Origin: a virus
Taxonomy: Duplodnaviria; Caudoviricetes
DNA length: 57,920 nt
Direction: 5' to 3' (one strand)
Virus record (IMG/VR): IMGVR_UViG_3300043447_000200
Span: 1-57,920 of that record
The position numbers and the translations under genes are program-made. The notes beneath the pieces were generated by a model. The model ran no database searches, was not told the DNA's origin, and saw nothing but the letters and a program-made list of their open reading frames with translations. Shown in pieces: positions 20,601 through 26,912 of this stretch. Positions within the stretch are counted from its first letter, which is position 1; every line of letters starts with the position of its first letter.

Positions 20601-20842
20601 TCAAGGAAGTTCCTGGCCTGCTCCGCGCTCAGGCGATCATGTCCAGCACGACGCAGGAGATCAGGAAGCTGGAGGCCGACCAGAAGATGATCGAGTCACC
20701 GCTGTCCAAGCAGACCGACGAGTACAAGGTCCAGCGTTTGAACCGGATGCGCGAGACTGAAAGGCGCCTCTACACCCGAGCCGTGAAAGCGGTGATGGAG
20801 TCAGGCGGCGAACTGCGGGACGCACTGATGAATTCAAACTAA
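11606..20842 (+). CDS. Large polyvalent virion protein (inorganic-pyrophosphatase-like domain, zincin-like HExxGH domain, LPD38-like C-terminus)
   Basis: 3078 aa. AGNYTKGH...IENP...HYGYI.G..GAD.DHVD...FDEHKVMLGF at about 13570-13995; YHEVYGHLG at about 17471; IPIPYG...NENRQGAPI near the C-terminus. Confidence 0.8.
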   Translation: MATGVNLSALFDNPPQGAGAVAPAAPSVNRTGVNLDNLFYKDSEQAGSEVRRGGIAPPPQTVQPTTPIEPERSQTRILDLGTNYTYNGPRIEDPAPKEPGLNLMGSAAKGIKAVKLTWDFLANKLENAVTGSDEDTGAILAKSAAEYKAMESDPRIAEMVKKGDNAETTPAAVYDMLSFAVRNPTMVANFVAEQVPSVVVGGGLGAVATAPVRAGITGLATRAGASAATQAVVGAGATGASVASSAVVLQSLGSNYAEGLDKFKGDKDLASDYAVTKTANEVPANAIAGAFLGFNPFASKIANIALQANIQGVGGATGAYMASKSVGEDPSRGEMLLEYLGEAASAPVDIGIEKLSQRKAGAADTTAVNPPPAGSVPPAGPVVDDTQTERQGLQVIPRKELLATLKDMDAVAYLYSTGNKEQKQSIETAIDRAGTDYRQAFDATVGREQNIMAGERKLGQEPLFVDSLRNAIDVFGNTLNLNSTAKVAKKPAVEPAPIDDPDFVANQDAEAERILADAERRKSQQKPAPLNLPEGVKFADLPAQEKVKALAADAPSADWEKGKANQYGVTTHFGPESQSADVRPTRFSHPALPNLFYDSERKLFDSLKIRKDAKEKGLWTAARPAESTSKVLNVNKTATQIQEAADQAATSPNNDLPEPTEGQKKAGNYTKGHTTLQGIDITIENPRDSNRSGTSPDGTSWSNKMAHHYGYIKGSVGADKDHVDTFIGENPDSKKAFVIDQVNPDGSFDEHKVMLGFDTAEEARAGYLANYSKGWTGLGAMTEMPVEALKSWVKDGKKKQPLGDLEAKPQSEVDKAKQDLKDAAFDLWDVASDAAGTKMNITGKRYTVADLPKAIQKVMEALVKLGYVQFKDMSAELMKRMRANENWKDLADNVSPAMLRQAYKKLADFDGKQTDAEVDAVLGKDLESVTRGKNTAKEPVRPAEKEEVVKPKQQAKPATAPAPKTVTQEIASRIEKLDLGKERTQAKELLRQGKYDEAEAVVNNFYKKQAEAKKADLLGARRKAEQLEKVKNAFKISEAILTNFQNRTNASRKRDGLEPIDVVPDFKAQLDALLGADTTQMNVERANELISYQASILARMLIRNGKINAGGKLFKAMNLGYEQVIKTMQSIRAGADVSPGEISGGKIQDKRPTIPNNELAKYPSLERRVNEMRAKLQLLESSSDAKEKEVKAAKGDLIDMLKYLGTQDMKKLKDMDDTWAALYKAEAGEKQAQMRLDLGENQRTERQLKLDTRFKNIINDITGANLLKEAMQDLRDKIERLDALIAQEDRPYRPDELRGLFGMFDESTYARDEEGFRGDRANTTRDDLVYERSRLSKELSEATKDGIKGKAKRLEKGIEKLRDRMINAGQSAVAGGMSFEDVAQVMGKYLQDLGFAQNGGIVNVNKDVEEQFNQGEKDIAESQTFDLFEENKAVEQLAAGELSAQEAAKVAGVLDPRTTVVEAMNVLARQIKDLGKTGFEAEYTSKLRQVSGWIAKNMRANTLLFSQVQDAFRGNGIDLPIEMVNNTMVAMHTPMLEYAKQQGGGYAPREFWLRSMDQAIEFNPDVETNGTFTDAELAMYDEWKERQQALRDRRDDARIEESPSMQDAFSGMLFMRYSLAQMKNPRLIANERDRLNLTNSIPDLVNAWHADLELALQKRSDLFKQLTDAEDGAVLPTDYAEHQAWRERKAKADELKAEMIAKSQYYLALPSFEGLSDEQVDALRTKLVQSDVASSDYVLELANMMAEANQAAKPSKDAVVDPETGELVDPAELARSQIVDDMLARDQSIEALAEAFGTRDKKKLAPIMQSMDAGTADVTTAEGSFARLADESGSGEFMPDPEDLDSYEMLQESAENSEGMDGLDDPLRFKHGFFSGLLTNAQVQSTVARLTQGWKSAPQIVTLKNVAQLPDGLRERVMEKLQGDMGARGLFDSETGVTYLFSDMMRSDADVEFTLYHEVYGHLGMRAFLGAKFDATLNSLYANHSSIKSKADALIAAGRPKLEAIDEVLADMAGKNEQAGAVKQWVGQMIDGLRELGFTRIADWMSKLTGADLAYYLNGARKAAQNNEYKVMDGAPAEIRLSEVMHDRLYEMFAVKDGKTTAYARFNPITQSWAVFTAAGTGNDIRADGYSAGAYDSYEAVLATMRKNGKVEFRKRSGAYIEDKMPKDLAKFSEVADLGTGAKGMVKRWMRSLITLHQNEFRPIFDLVEYIAREGVLTPRMDVKTALINYERRTAEIIRSFNQSYVKPIEQLAKEAGEMGADYGTINTFLLARHAPSRNAQIARINENFPDGGSGMYTDDAKAFLESIQDEPYFEKLQEIGMYFDRMSEYKLAYQVKTGMITERQAEKMDSVYEHYVNLSGQKNKLDQFDIGQLVGTRFNVKGKEARAFGRSEPASDIMANTILGMEAALIRGQKNIIAQRLLNFLEANYDPNFAAINAIEYKRVIGEDGMVMEVEDGDYIRRKDVMVAKVNGIPVTIQFKDTSPGSFAEAIHGSVYPTQSGDVMEYMGKFNQLIGRMLTTLNPAWVPVNFARDAQSMYLNAASDGKITKEQAAEMFKLLPKAIKTAYYMDRSENGKEPNIEVDPELIRFYREMRTSGGMTSFLNRRSLEETVADVNVMLGEATKAQQFKQKAKDVIDWIEHWTIPMEVAPRLAAYKVAREGGMSREDAAAFAGEITVNFNMRGSMKFMRQAFLFYNPAVQGMAKMGSLFFDITPDYGLKVKKDSLAWKFAGGLMVLGMMTNLIARATGDDDEAGRNDLDKIPTYKRATSIVLAPNIPGGAIPIPYGWNAFYATGHFLMDGMLGIQSASTTAKRIFMATLDAFSPVQSSGLESKTLAGGLLKTVSPTGVLPLTELALNENRQGAPIYKEDAIFGGPELPNSERGFRSTSPISTGLAKTLNQWGGNTMRSGYIDMNPAVIDHLISSYLPGAINETYKGAGLIVRGARGEEVRNTPLPLLDRLTAKVSDTYDASAFRRASTLINTRYKEYELYPDRRQEILKEVPGLLRAQAIMSSTTQEIRKLEADQKMIESPLSKQTDEYKVQRLNRMRETERRLYTRAVKAVMESGGELRDALMNSN

Positions 20843-20970
20843 TGTGTCGATTTTGTACGGTAGTAGGTATGTTGCTCAACGAGCAAGGGGTGCGGTCTTC
20901 GTAGCGGGCGCTCTATGTAAACGCTCGAAGAACAACATACCAATCTACCCAGAAACGATGCAGTATCGTT

Positions 20971-21015
20971 CTGTTAATCCGCAGGTCCCTGGTTCGAGCC
21001 CAGGTCGGGGAGCCA
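20971..21015 (+). other. attP: attP core: 3' half of tRNA-Asn(GTT)
   Basis: CTGTTAATCCGCAGGTCCCTGGTTCGAGCCCAGGTCGGGGAGCCA runs from the anticodon loop to CCA, has no 5' half, and lies next to the integrase 3' end. Confidence 0.92.
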
Positions 21016-21022
21016 AATAATC

Positions 21023-21055
21023 AAGAGCTTAGAGCAATCTAGGCTCTTTCTTTTT
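21023..21055 (+). terminator. Intrinsic terminator for the reconstituted tRNA
   Basis: AAGAGCTTAGA-GCAA-TCTAGGCTCTT followed by a T-tract. Confidence 0.8.
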
Positions 21056-22112
21056 AGGCGACGTGTAGGTTTTGTACATTCGCCCTGTCTGGCACCCGCG
21101 TGACCATGCGTTCCAGCCGCCTTGCCGAGCTGCTCAGATGGGACACATCGAGGTGCGCGTAACGCCTCACCATCGACTCATCCTCCCACCCGCCCAGCTC
21201 CTGGATCCGGTCGAGGGTTTCACCGTCCTGCCGTAGCCAGCTTGCCCAGGTGTGGCGCAAGTCGTGCCACCGAAAGTCGGTGATTCCTGCCTTCTCCAGC
21301 GCCGCTTTCCACATCTTGGGCGGGATGTCCCTGATCTGCTCCCCATCCCAACGCGGGAAAACCAGCGTGTCGTGCTTTCCTACCTGCGCCTTGATGACCT
21401 CGACTGCCACATCGTTGAGGGGGATCGAGAACGGGTTGCCGTTCTTCATGACCTGGCCTGGGAATGTGGCGATCCGTCTGGTCAGGTTGATCTGTGACCA
21501 TTTCAGACCGAACACATTCGCCCGCCTCAGACCGGTCATCACGGCGAATAAAGACATCGCCTGAAACGGTTGAGGCAGAGCTGGCATCAGGCGCATGAAC
21601 TCGTCATGGGTGATATACCGCAGCCGCTCCGACTCTTCGAATGTCGGGAACTTAGGGTTAACCCCTAGCCACATATATTCTCTGGCGCAGGCGTTGATCA
21701 CGGCCCTCAAGAAGCTGAGATACCGGTTGATCGTGCCGTTTGCCAGAGCTTCACCATGCCGATTCTGGCGCTCACGCAACTCGTCGATCACATCCCCCAC
21801 AACTTCGGGGTCTACTTCATCTAGGTAGACGATGCTACGAGACTCGAACTCTTTGTCCCAGAACGCCCGAAATCTGACATCCTCGCGACTCGACTTCTTG
21901 TGCTCGTGCTCTTTCATCCACCGATTTGCACCATCAGTCCACAGGTGCCTCGGCTTATCGCCTAGCCTACGCTCACGCCAAGCCTTGGCCTTCTCTTGAT
22001 CGTGATACTCAAGCGCTTGCTTCTCATCCGTGGTGTGGCATGAAGCTCGGAAGAACTTACCCTTCACCCAGAACTGATACCACCACACATTTCCTCGACG
22101 GTAAATTGCCAT
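21054..22112 (-). CDS. int: Tyrosine recombinase / phage integrase
   Basis: TGLRR, KNG, HDLRHTWAS, LGGW and RRYAH catalytic motifs; N-terminal arm-binding domain. Confidence 0.97.
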   Translation of the reverse strand: MAIYRRGNVWWYQFWVKGKFFRASCHTTDEKQALEYHDQEKAKAWRERRLGDKPRHLWTDGANRWMKEHEHKKSSREDVRFRAFWDKEFESRSIVYLDEVDPEVVGDVIDELRERQNRHGEALANGTINRYLSFLRAVINACAREYMWLGVNPKFPTFEESERLRYITHDEFMRLMPALPQPFQAMSLFAVMTGLRRANVFGLKWSQINLTRRIATFPGQVMKNGNPFSIPLNDVAVEVIKAQVGKHDTLVFPRWDGEQIRDIPPKMWKAALEKAGITDFRWHDLRHTWASWLRQDGETLDRIQELGGWEDESMVRRYAHLDVSHLSSSARRLERMVTRVPDRANVQNLHVA

Positions 22113-22145
22113 AACTACCTCCTACCCGCCGAAGGCCGCGGTATC

Positions 22146-22175
22146 AAAGTACCATGGACCTGCGGATTCCTGCAA
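22146..22175 (-). promoter_or_regulatory. Putative sigma70 promoter of int containing an attP-core copy
   Basis: TTGCAG-N18-TACTTT with extended TG; the spacer matches attP 20976-20993. Confidence 0.5.
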
Positions 22176-22190
22176 CACATTAAAAAAATC

Positions 22191-22356
22191 GGGTACTCAC
22201 TGGCCTGTATCTTGGGCAGGATTGCCCCCAGCTTTCCCCTTGATGGGTGGGGTACTCAAGCGACCTGATCGTATGCCGAGGCTTCGAAGCTTGACCACCA
22301 GGAACCCCTAGCAGCCCTCGCGCCGGACCAGTGCATGCTGTCGCTCTTTCCCCCGC
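22191..22356 (-). ncRNA. Two tandem hairpins with GAAA/GAGUA (loop-E / sarcin-ricin-like) internal loops
   Basis: GGG-GAAA-GAGCGAC...GTCGCTT-GAGTA-CCC and GGG-GAAA-GCTGG...CCAGT-GAGTA-CCC, followed by a U-tract. Confidence 0.55.
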
Positions 22357-22359
22357 TAA

Positions 22360-22560
22360 CTATTCCAGCGCACTGATCGAGCTGATCAATTGCGTGGCGG
22401 TGGCATCGCGTCTCTTGAGGAGCTTCTCGGCCCTCTTCCTCGCTTCCATCCAGTTTCTTGTGGTCTCGATGCCGCCGTTGTTGACACGCTCCGGCACCTT
22501 GTTCATACGCTCTTGTAAGCGGCGTCTGTACGTCTCGATTACTTCTTTGTCGTCGTTCAT
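22360..22560 (-). CDS. Hypothetical protein
   Basis: 66 aa, coupled to the upstream gene. Confidence 0.7.
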   Translation of the reverse strand: MNDDKEVIETYRRRLQERMNKVPERVNNGGIETTRNWMEARKRAEKLLKRRDATATQLISSISALE

Positions 22561-22793
22561 TTGTAAACCATTTTTTCTAGATGCCTGAGTTGAATCCTCC
22601 CCTCAAGCACAGCCTCTGAAAACTTTGCCGACTCCCTCGCAGTGTCATCGCCGTACAGTTGCCGCCACTCTGTATAGAGCGCGTAGCGTCGTGTTGGGGA
22701 TGACAGAGCAATCGCACTTTTCACTCGCTGGATTAACCTGATTCGTGACTCGTGCAGTTGCTCTGCCCATACCCGTTCCTGCTCTTCGTTCAC
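22557..22793 (-). CDS. Hypothetical protein
   Basis: 78 aa, 4-nt start/stop overlaps on both sides. Confidence 0.7.
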   Translation of the reverse strand: MNEEQERVWAEQLHESRIRLIQRVKSAIALSSPTRRYALYTEWRQLYGDDTARESAKFSEAVLEGRIQLRHLEKMVYK

Positions 22794-23236
22794 ACAAATT
22801 GTTGCAGGTCTGGAGCCTTCCAGCCTTCGGGCTTACCGATCTTCCCGCCTGGCAGGAGGACCGGTCTACCGTTGACCAGCTTGGCTTCATTGGATGACAA
22901 CACTTCCTCGTCTGCGGCGGGCTTAATAAAGTTCGCCATGAACGCCACACCATTGCCAGTGACCTCCGCATCACACAACGCATCAAGTGCGTCCACACGG
23001 CGCTCGGTTGGGATGGTTGCTTTGACCATACCTTTCTTGAGACCTTCGCCCAATGTGGTGAGCTGAATGATGGCGTTGCGCAACACGAAGTCAGACAGCG
23101 CGGTGTTGACTTCAAGTGCAGACAAGAACTCGGCGACCTCTTCCAAGTGGCAACCGATTTGAACAGAAAGGTTCTGCTCATTCGGCGCTTTGCCACAGGC
23201 AATCAGCCAATCCCTTGTTCGTTCGTAGTTGGTCAC
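22790..23236 (-). CDS. MazG-like NTP pyrophosphohydrolase
   Basis: EE..EF, DALCD, SN.AK and GKI.KP.GW..PDL motifs. Confidence 0.8.
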   Translation of the reverse strand: MTNYERTRDWLIACGKAPNEQNLSVQIGCHLEEVAEFLSALEVNTALSDFVLRNAIIQLTTLGEGLKKGMVKATIPTERRVDALDALCDAEVTGNGVAFMANFIKPAADEEVLSSNEAKLVNGRPVLLPGGKIGKPEGWKAPDLQQFV

Positions 23237-23427
23237 TGCAACTGTTCCTGTGGTTCCTGGGGAGCGGGTGTAGGCTCGACCTGAGGAATCGCCTGAGTGC
23301 GAATGTTGGTGATCACATCAGCGACCTGCTCGTAAGGAGCTTTGGCCAATGCGCCAATGACGAGGTTGACCTGATCGACTGTCAGGTTGAGGGTGATGGT
23401 TTGATTTTGGTTCATTTGAGTTTCCAA
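23233..23427 (-). CDS. Hypothetical protein
   Basis: Conserved-looking LTVDQVN...L...PY..V motif. Confidence 0.65.
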   Translation of the reverse strand: METQMNQNQTITLNLTVDQVNLVIGALAKAPYEQVADVITNIRTQAIPQVEPTPAPQEPQEQLQ

Positions 23428-23750
23428 ATAGTTTTAGGAGAGCCGTGGCAAGTCGATGATCGTTGCTTGCCAAAGCCTATTGCCACGACGACGCCACGAT
23501 GGGCGGCTTTCCTGGCGACATAGCCCCATGCTCGGTTGTCAGGCGGCGATTGAAAGCCGAGCTTGTCAGCCCATGCTCTCACCTCTTCCGTCATAAACCC
23601 TTCACGGTGCATTCTTGCGTAGCACTCGAAGAACTTTGATGCCATCGCAGTCCATTGTTTGTGCTCGTCATCAGCATGCGATGCGGCCAGCAGCATGCCG
23701 GTCTCAGCGCCTTGATGTGCAAGATCTTGGTTCAGCACGACAGGCGTCAT
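23412..23750 (-). CDS. Hypothetical protein
   Basis: PPDNRAWG...CHGSP..W motif. Confidence 0.7.
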   Translation of the reverse strand: MTPVVLNQDLAHQGAETGMLLAASHADDEHKQWTAMASKFFECYARMHREGFMTEEVRAWADKLGFQSPPDNRAWGYVARKAAHRGVVVAIGFGKQRSSTCHGSPKTIWKLK

Positions 23751-24187
23751 ACCTCACCTCGCTCTTTCAGAATCGCCATGCCAGCGTAGACGATTGCACC
23801 CAAGACCTCGGTCTCGAACGCAACGCCTTCGCGTGTGCTTGCGGCTTCTTCAAGTTTCTTGGCGGCTTGGCCAGTGGCGAAACCACGACCATGCATGTTC
23901 ACATAGTGAACCCAAGGCTGATCTTTGAAAGGTGTCACAGCACCGCCGTGACGCTCACCCTTGCCGAACATGGCTTGCTCGATCGCAGCCATGAACACTG
24001 GATACAACGGGTGAGTTGTGGCGTCAGGCTTTTCCATCATCCGCTCCATACTGCACTCGGAGGAATGCATCGAGGTCTTCCTTGTGGAAGCGCCACTGAC
24101 GACCAACCTTACCTGCTGGCAAACGCTTTTCACGAGCCAGCTTGCGTAGCGAGAACACACTGATACCCAGGTATTTCGCCGCTTCAA
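23747..24187 (-). CDS. Conserved phage hypothetical protein (start uncertain)
   Basis: GKGERHG...GQAAKK..EA...LGAIVY. Confidence 0.65.
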   Translation of the reverse strand: MKRRNTWVSVCSRYASWLVKSVCQQVRLVVSGASTRKTSMHSSECSMERMMEKPDATTHPLYPVFMAAIEQAMFGKGERHGGAVTPFKDQPWVHYVNMHGRGFATGQAAKKLEEAASTREGVAFETEVLGAIVYAGMAILKERGEV

Positions 24188-25032
24188 AAATCGACATCAT
24201 ATTTTGGTTCCTGACTTTTTAATTTTTGAAATTGCGCACAGAACGGGGCAACTTCGCAGTAGCCTTCGCAACGTCTGCTCATGCCAGGACGCTCCTCAAC
24301 ATAATGATCGTCTGGCACTACCCCGAGTTCGTCGCGTGTAGGCGCTACTTTCTTTGCGCGCTTCCCACCCACTTTCATAAGGGCGTAGCTTGTGCCCGTG
24401 TACCACCGCTCCTCCTCGGTGCATTCGACCTCTTCACCAGCCTCTGAGCGTTGATGCATTTGCACACGAGCCTGAGCGTATGCCTCTGCATCATCCAAAG
24501 ACCAGACCGGAACTTCGATGACGGCGACATTCTGCTTTGGGTAATCGTCTTTGCGCTCCGCCTCTGCCCGCTTCCAATCACGGAATATGGCAACGACCTG
24601 CAAACGATCAACCTTGTAGCCGTTCTTGTGGGCCAGCCAACGCAACATGTTGAGCTGTCGCTCCCATGAAACATCGCCTTTGGCTTTGTAGACTGAGCAA
24701 ACTTTCCAGTCTTGCAGAACGCTGTCAGCAAGGTGCAAGCGATCAAACTGACCACTGACCTTCCAACCATTCACCTCGGCGTAAAGACGCTGCTCAACCA
24801 AGGCGTTGGTTCCTGCGCGTTCAAGGACGGTGTGAACCGCCTGACCCATCAAGGACCAAATTCTCTCAGATACATCCTCAACCACAAAATCCTTGTGCAT
24901 CTTGTAGAGGGTGCGCCGTCTTGGTGCATCAATGAGCTTGGTCACAGAGATATCGCCCCCACCGGTGTAAGGGTCATTCTTCACGGCGTTGACCAAGGCG
25001 TCTGGCAACCCGTGGATGTTGGTCAAGTTCAT
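24184..25032 (-). CDS. PD-(D/E)XK exonuclease (Cas4/RecE-like)
   Basis: G.AVH..LE, SGQFD, DWK, QLN motifs and a C-terminal Cys cluster (RCEGYCEVAPFC). Confidence 0.85.
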   Translation of the reverse strand: MNLTNIHGLPDALVNAVKNDPYTGGGDISVTKLIDAPRRRTLYKMHKDFVVEDVSERIWSLMGQAVHTVLERAGTNALVEQRLYAEVNGWKVSGQFDRLHLADSVLQDWKVCSVYKAKGDVSWERQLNMLRWLAHKNGYKVDRLQVVAIFRDWKRAEAERKDDYPKQNVAVIEVPVWSLDDAEAYAQARVQMHQRSEAGEEVECTEEERWYTGTSYALMKVGGKRAKKVAPTRDELGVVPDDHYVEERPGMSRRCEGYCEVAPFCAQFQKLKSQEPKYDVDF

Positions 25033-25034
25033 GG

Positions 25035-25487
25035 TTATGCGTCCTCCCGTGTGACGAAGTCTTGGTTCTGGACGGCCTGCGGATAGGCGCTGTTAGGGCC
25101 GCTTGGAACCATGACGGTGTGATTGCGTTGCACGGACTCGCGCACAGCGTTTGGCTTAAACACCATCGCCATTGCGCCTTGCCATGCATCGGCCACAGCC
25201 TTGTGCTTTGCCGCCTCGTGGATGGCGTCACGACCTTTGATCACAGTCTCTTCATTCTCTTTGATGCTTTTTTCCAAGGCCGCAATTTTGTTTCCTTGCC
25301 AAGTGTTGGCCTTGGCCAGCTCTTCACAGCGCGCAGTTTCATCTTTCAACTTTTTGGCCATCCATTCAGTCTCATTGATTTGTTTCTGCAAATCATCTTT
25401 GAGCTGTTTGATGCCATCGAGTGCATCGAGGTTGAAGGTCTTGCTTGCAACCAGGTCGTCGATTTGTTTGAGTAGATCGTTGCTCAT
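25035..25487 (-). CDS. Coiled-coil hypothetical protein
   Basis: 150-aa ORF within the operon. Confidence 0.7.
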   Translation of the reverse strand: MSNDLLKQIDDLVASKTFNLDALDGIKQLKDDLQKQINETEWMAKKLKDETARCEELAKANTWQGNKIAALEKSIKENEETVIKGRDAIHEAAKHKAVADAWQGAMAMVFKPNAVRESVQRNHTVMVPSGPNSAYPQAVQNQDFVTREDA

Positions 25488-25654
25488 GCGATGTATGCCG
25501 TCTTGCGGTACTCAGCCAACACCATCGAGGGCGTAATGCCAAGTCGTTTGAAATACTGGCGCAAACCCTTGGGCATACCCAAGCGCTTGGCCACCTTTTT
25601 TTCCTGTGCGTTTACGCGCTCACGCACAGACTTGCGGTACTGAGTGCGGTTCAT
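25484..25654 (-). CDS. Small basic protein, 56 aa (absent from ORF track)
   Basis: MNRTQYRKSVRERVNAQEKKVAKRLGMPKG...; overlaps both neighbouring start/stop codons. Confidence 0.7.
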   Translation of the reverse strand: MNRTQYRKSVRERVNAQEKKVAKRLGMPKGLRQYFKRLGITPSMVLAEYRKTAYIA

Positions 25655-25923
25655 CAGAAATCAACCTTCACGCCGCCAGTAGGAGCGCCGCCACCTTGAT
25701 AGCCGCCGCCGTTGTCTTGGCGTTGATACTTGGGGTCAGGCAACTTCAATGTGCCGGACTTGAAGGGGTTGCCGTTCTTGCTCATGCGATTCCAGATAGC
25801 AACGTCATACTTTGTGCCGTCAGGGAAGGTCACCGTGCCGGTTTCGTGCGGGGCCTTGTCGCTCTTGCGCTTGTTGTTGGTGAACAGAACGATCTCGATT
25901 TGATTGTTGTAGGTTGCAGACAT
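25654..25923 (-). CDS. Putative small ssDNA-binding protein
   Basis: LF.N....DKAP..TG...VAIW motif with a Gly-rich tail ending VDF; adjacent to ERF. Confidence 0.55.
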   Translation of the reverse strand: MSATYNNQIEIVLFTNNKRKSDKAPHETGTVTFPDGTKYDVAIWNRMSKNGNPFKSGTLKLPDPKYQRQDNGGGYQGGGAPTGGVKVDF

Positions 25924-25926
25924 TGA

Positions 25927-26568
25927 TTACTCCTTGGTCTCTGCGGGTTGTTGTTTTGCTTCGGCGATCTTGGCTTGTAGTCGAGCGATCACATCAGCGG
26001 TATGAACAAGCGGGAGCTTGTCGATGGAAGCGATGCCATAGGCATCAGCAATCTTTTGCACATCAACGCCTGCTGACTTGGCTAGCTTGTTGATGGCGTT
26101 CACCTCGTTGACTGTGACCACCGCGGGAGGTGCGGCCACAACCTGATGGGTGGTCTTGTCGGCGTCGTTGTCGCCCTCTGTGGGGATGCAGAAGGCTTGC
26201 ATGCATGCGTACTTGTACGCCGCACTCATGGCCTTATTCGTGGCCTTGTCGCCGCTGTCCATGGCTTCACCGCACACGCTGATCACATGGGTTGAGCCGT
26301 CCTTGGCTGAGACCAAGTGGAAGTCGACATCCACATTCACATAGAACAGGACGCCACCGCGTTGGGTTTGGCGCTCCGTGACGGTGCGACCCTTCACATA
26401 GGGGAGGATGCACAACTGAGCTTCTGACAGGATGGGCGCCAGGGCGTTGTACACATCGTCAATGCCGCGGAAGTTGTAGCCCTGCTGGTCGTTCTTGCGA
26501 TCTTTCGAGATGCCCTGCTTGCCGATCTCTGCCATCACCGCAGAGATAGCGGTGTAGACATGCGGCAC
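25927..26568 (-). CDS. erf: ERF-family ssDNA annealing protein (start uncertain)
   Basis: YNFRGIDDV and GEAMDSGDKATNKAMSAAYKYA...F.IPT.GD.DAD motifs. Confidence 0.9.
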   Translation of the reverse strand: MPHVYTAISAVMAEIGKQGISKDRKNDQQGYNFRGIDDVYNALAPILSEAQLCILPYVKGRTVTERQTQRGGVLFYVNVDVDFHLVSAKDGSTHVISVCGEAMDSGDKATNKAMSAAYKYACMQAFCIPTEGDNDADKTTHQVVAAPPAVVTVNEVNAINKLAKSAGVDVQKIADAYGIASIDKLPLVHTADVIARLQAKIAEAKQQPAETKE

Positions 26569-26912
26569 CGCCGCATTTGATTCCTCTTTTTTCAATTGAT
26601 TACTCCGGTTTAGGTACGCGATACTGCGCAAAAATCTCACTTGACACGATGCGTTAAGTGTGGAGCAGATTGTAGTGGAGTGTATCTCCATGTTGCACTA
26701 GGGGTTTTCACCAATAGCACCGGCATTTTCGTGACAGATAATACAACTGTCTGTTTCGTCTAGGTTTTTTAGGTTTCACAACGTACAACAAAGACAACGG
26801 TGCGGATCTTACTGAGCAGTAATGCACCTTGTCTAGCCTGTACAAACCCTTCCTGTACTACCTAGGTATTCAACAGATATTCTTAACTGAACTTAAAACA
26901 ACGCAGAGCAAC

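Larger units (their letters stand above)
20844..21077 (+). promoter_or_regulatory. Candidate integrase arm-type sites flanking the attP core
   Basis: Direct repeat GTGTCGATTTTGTAC (20844-20858) / GTGTAGGTTTTGTAC (21063-21077), 13/15 identical; imperfect inverted repeat 20859-20874 / 20933-20949. Confidence 0.5.

Noticed and set aside
11606-20842. N4-like virion RNA polymerase or tape-measure protein
   Set aside because: No polymerase catalytic motifs recognised; polyvalent-type domains are present instead.
11688-20879. Many long antisense and alternate-frame ORFs inside the giant gene (and similarly in portal and capsid genes)
   Set aside because: Expected shadows of GC-biased codon usage; no RBS or protein motifs.
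20971-21015. Complete tRNA-Asn gene
   Set aside because: The 5' half (acceptor and D arm) is absent; interpreted as attP.
24184-25032. Cas4 as part of a CRISPR system
   Set aside because: No array or other cas genes; the ERF/SSB context indicates a recombination exonuclease.
25590-25605. A-AAA-AAG slippery site or frameshift in the small ORF
   Set aside because: On recount the 171-nt ORF is intact and coupled at both ends; no stimulatory structure is evident.
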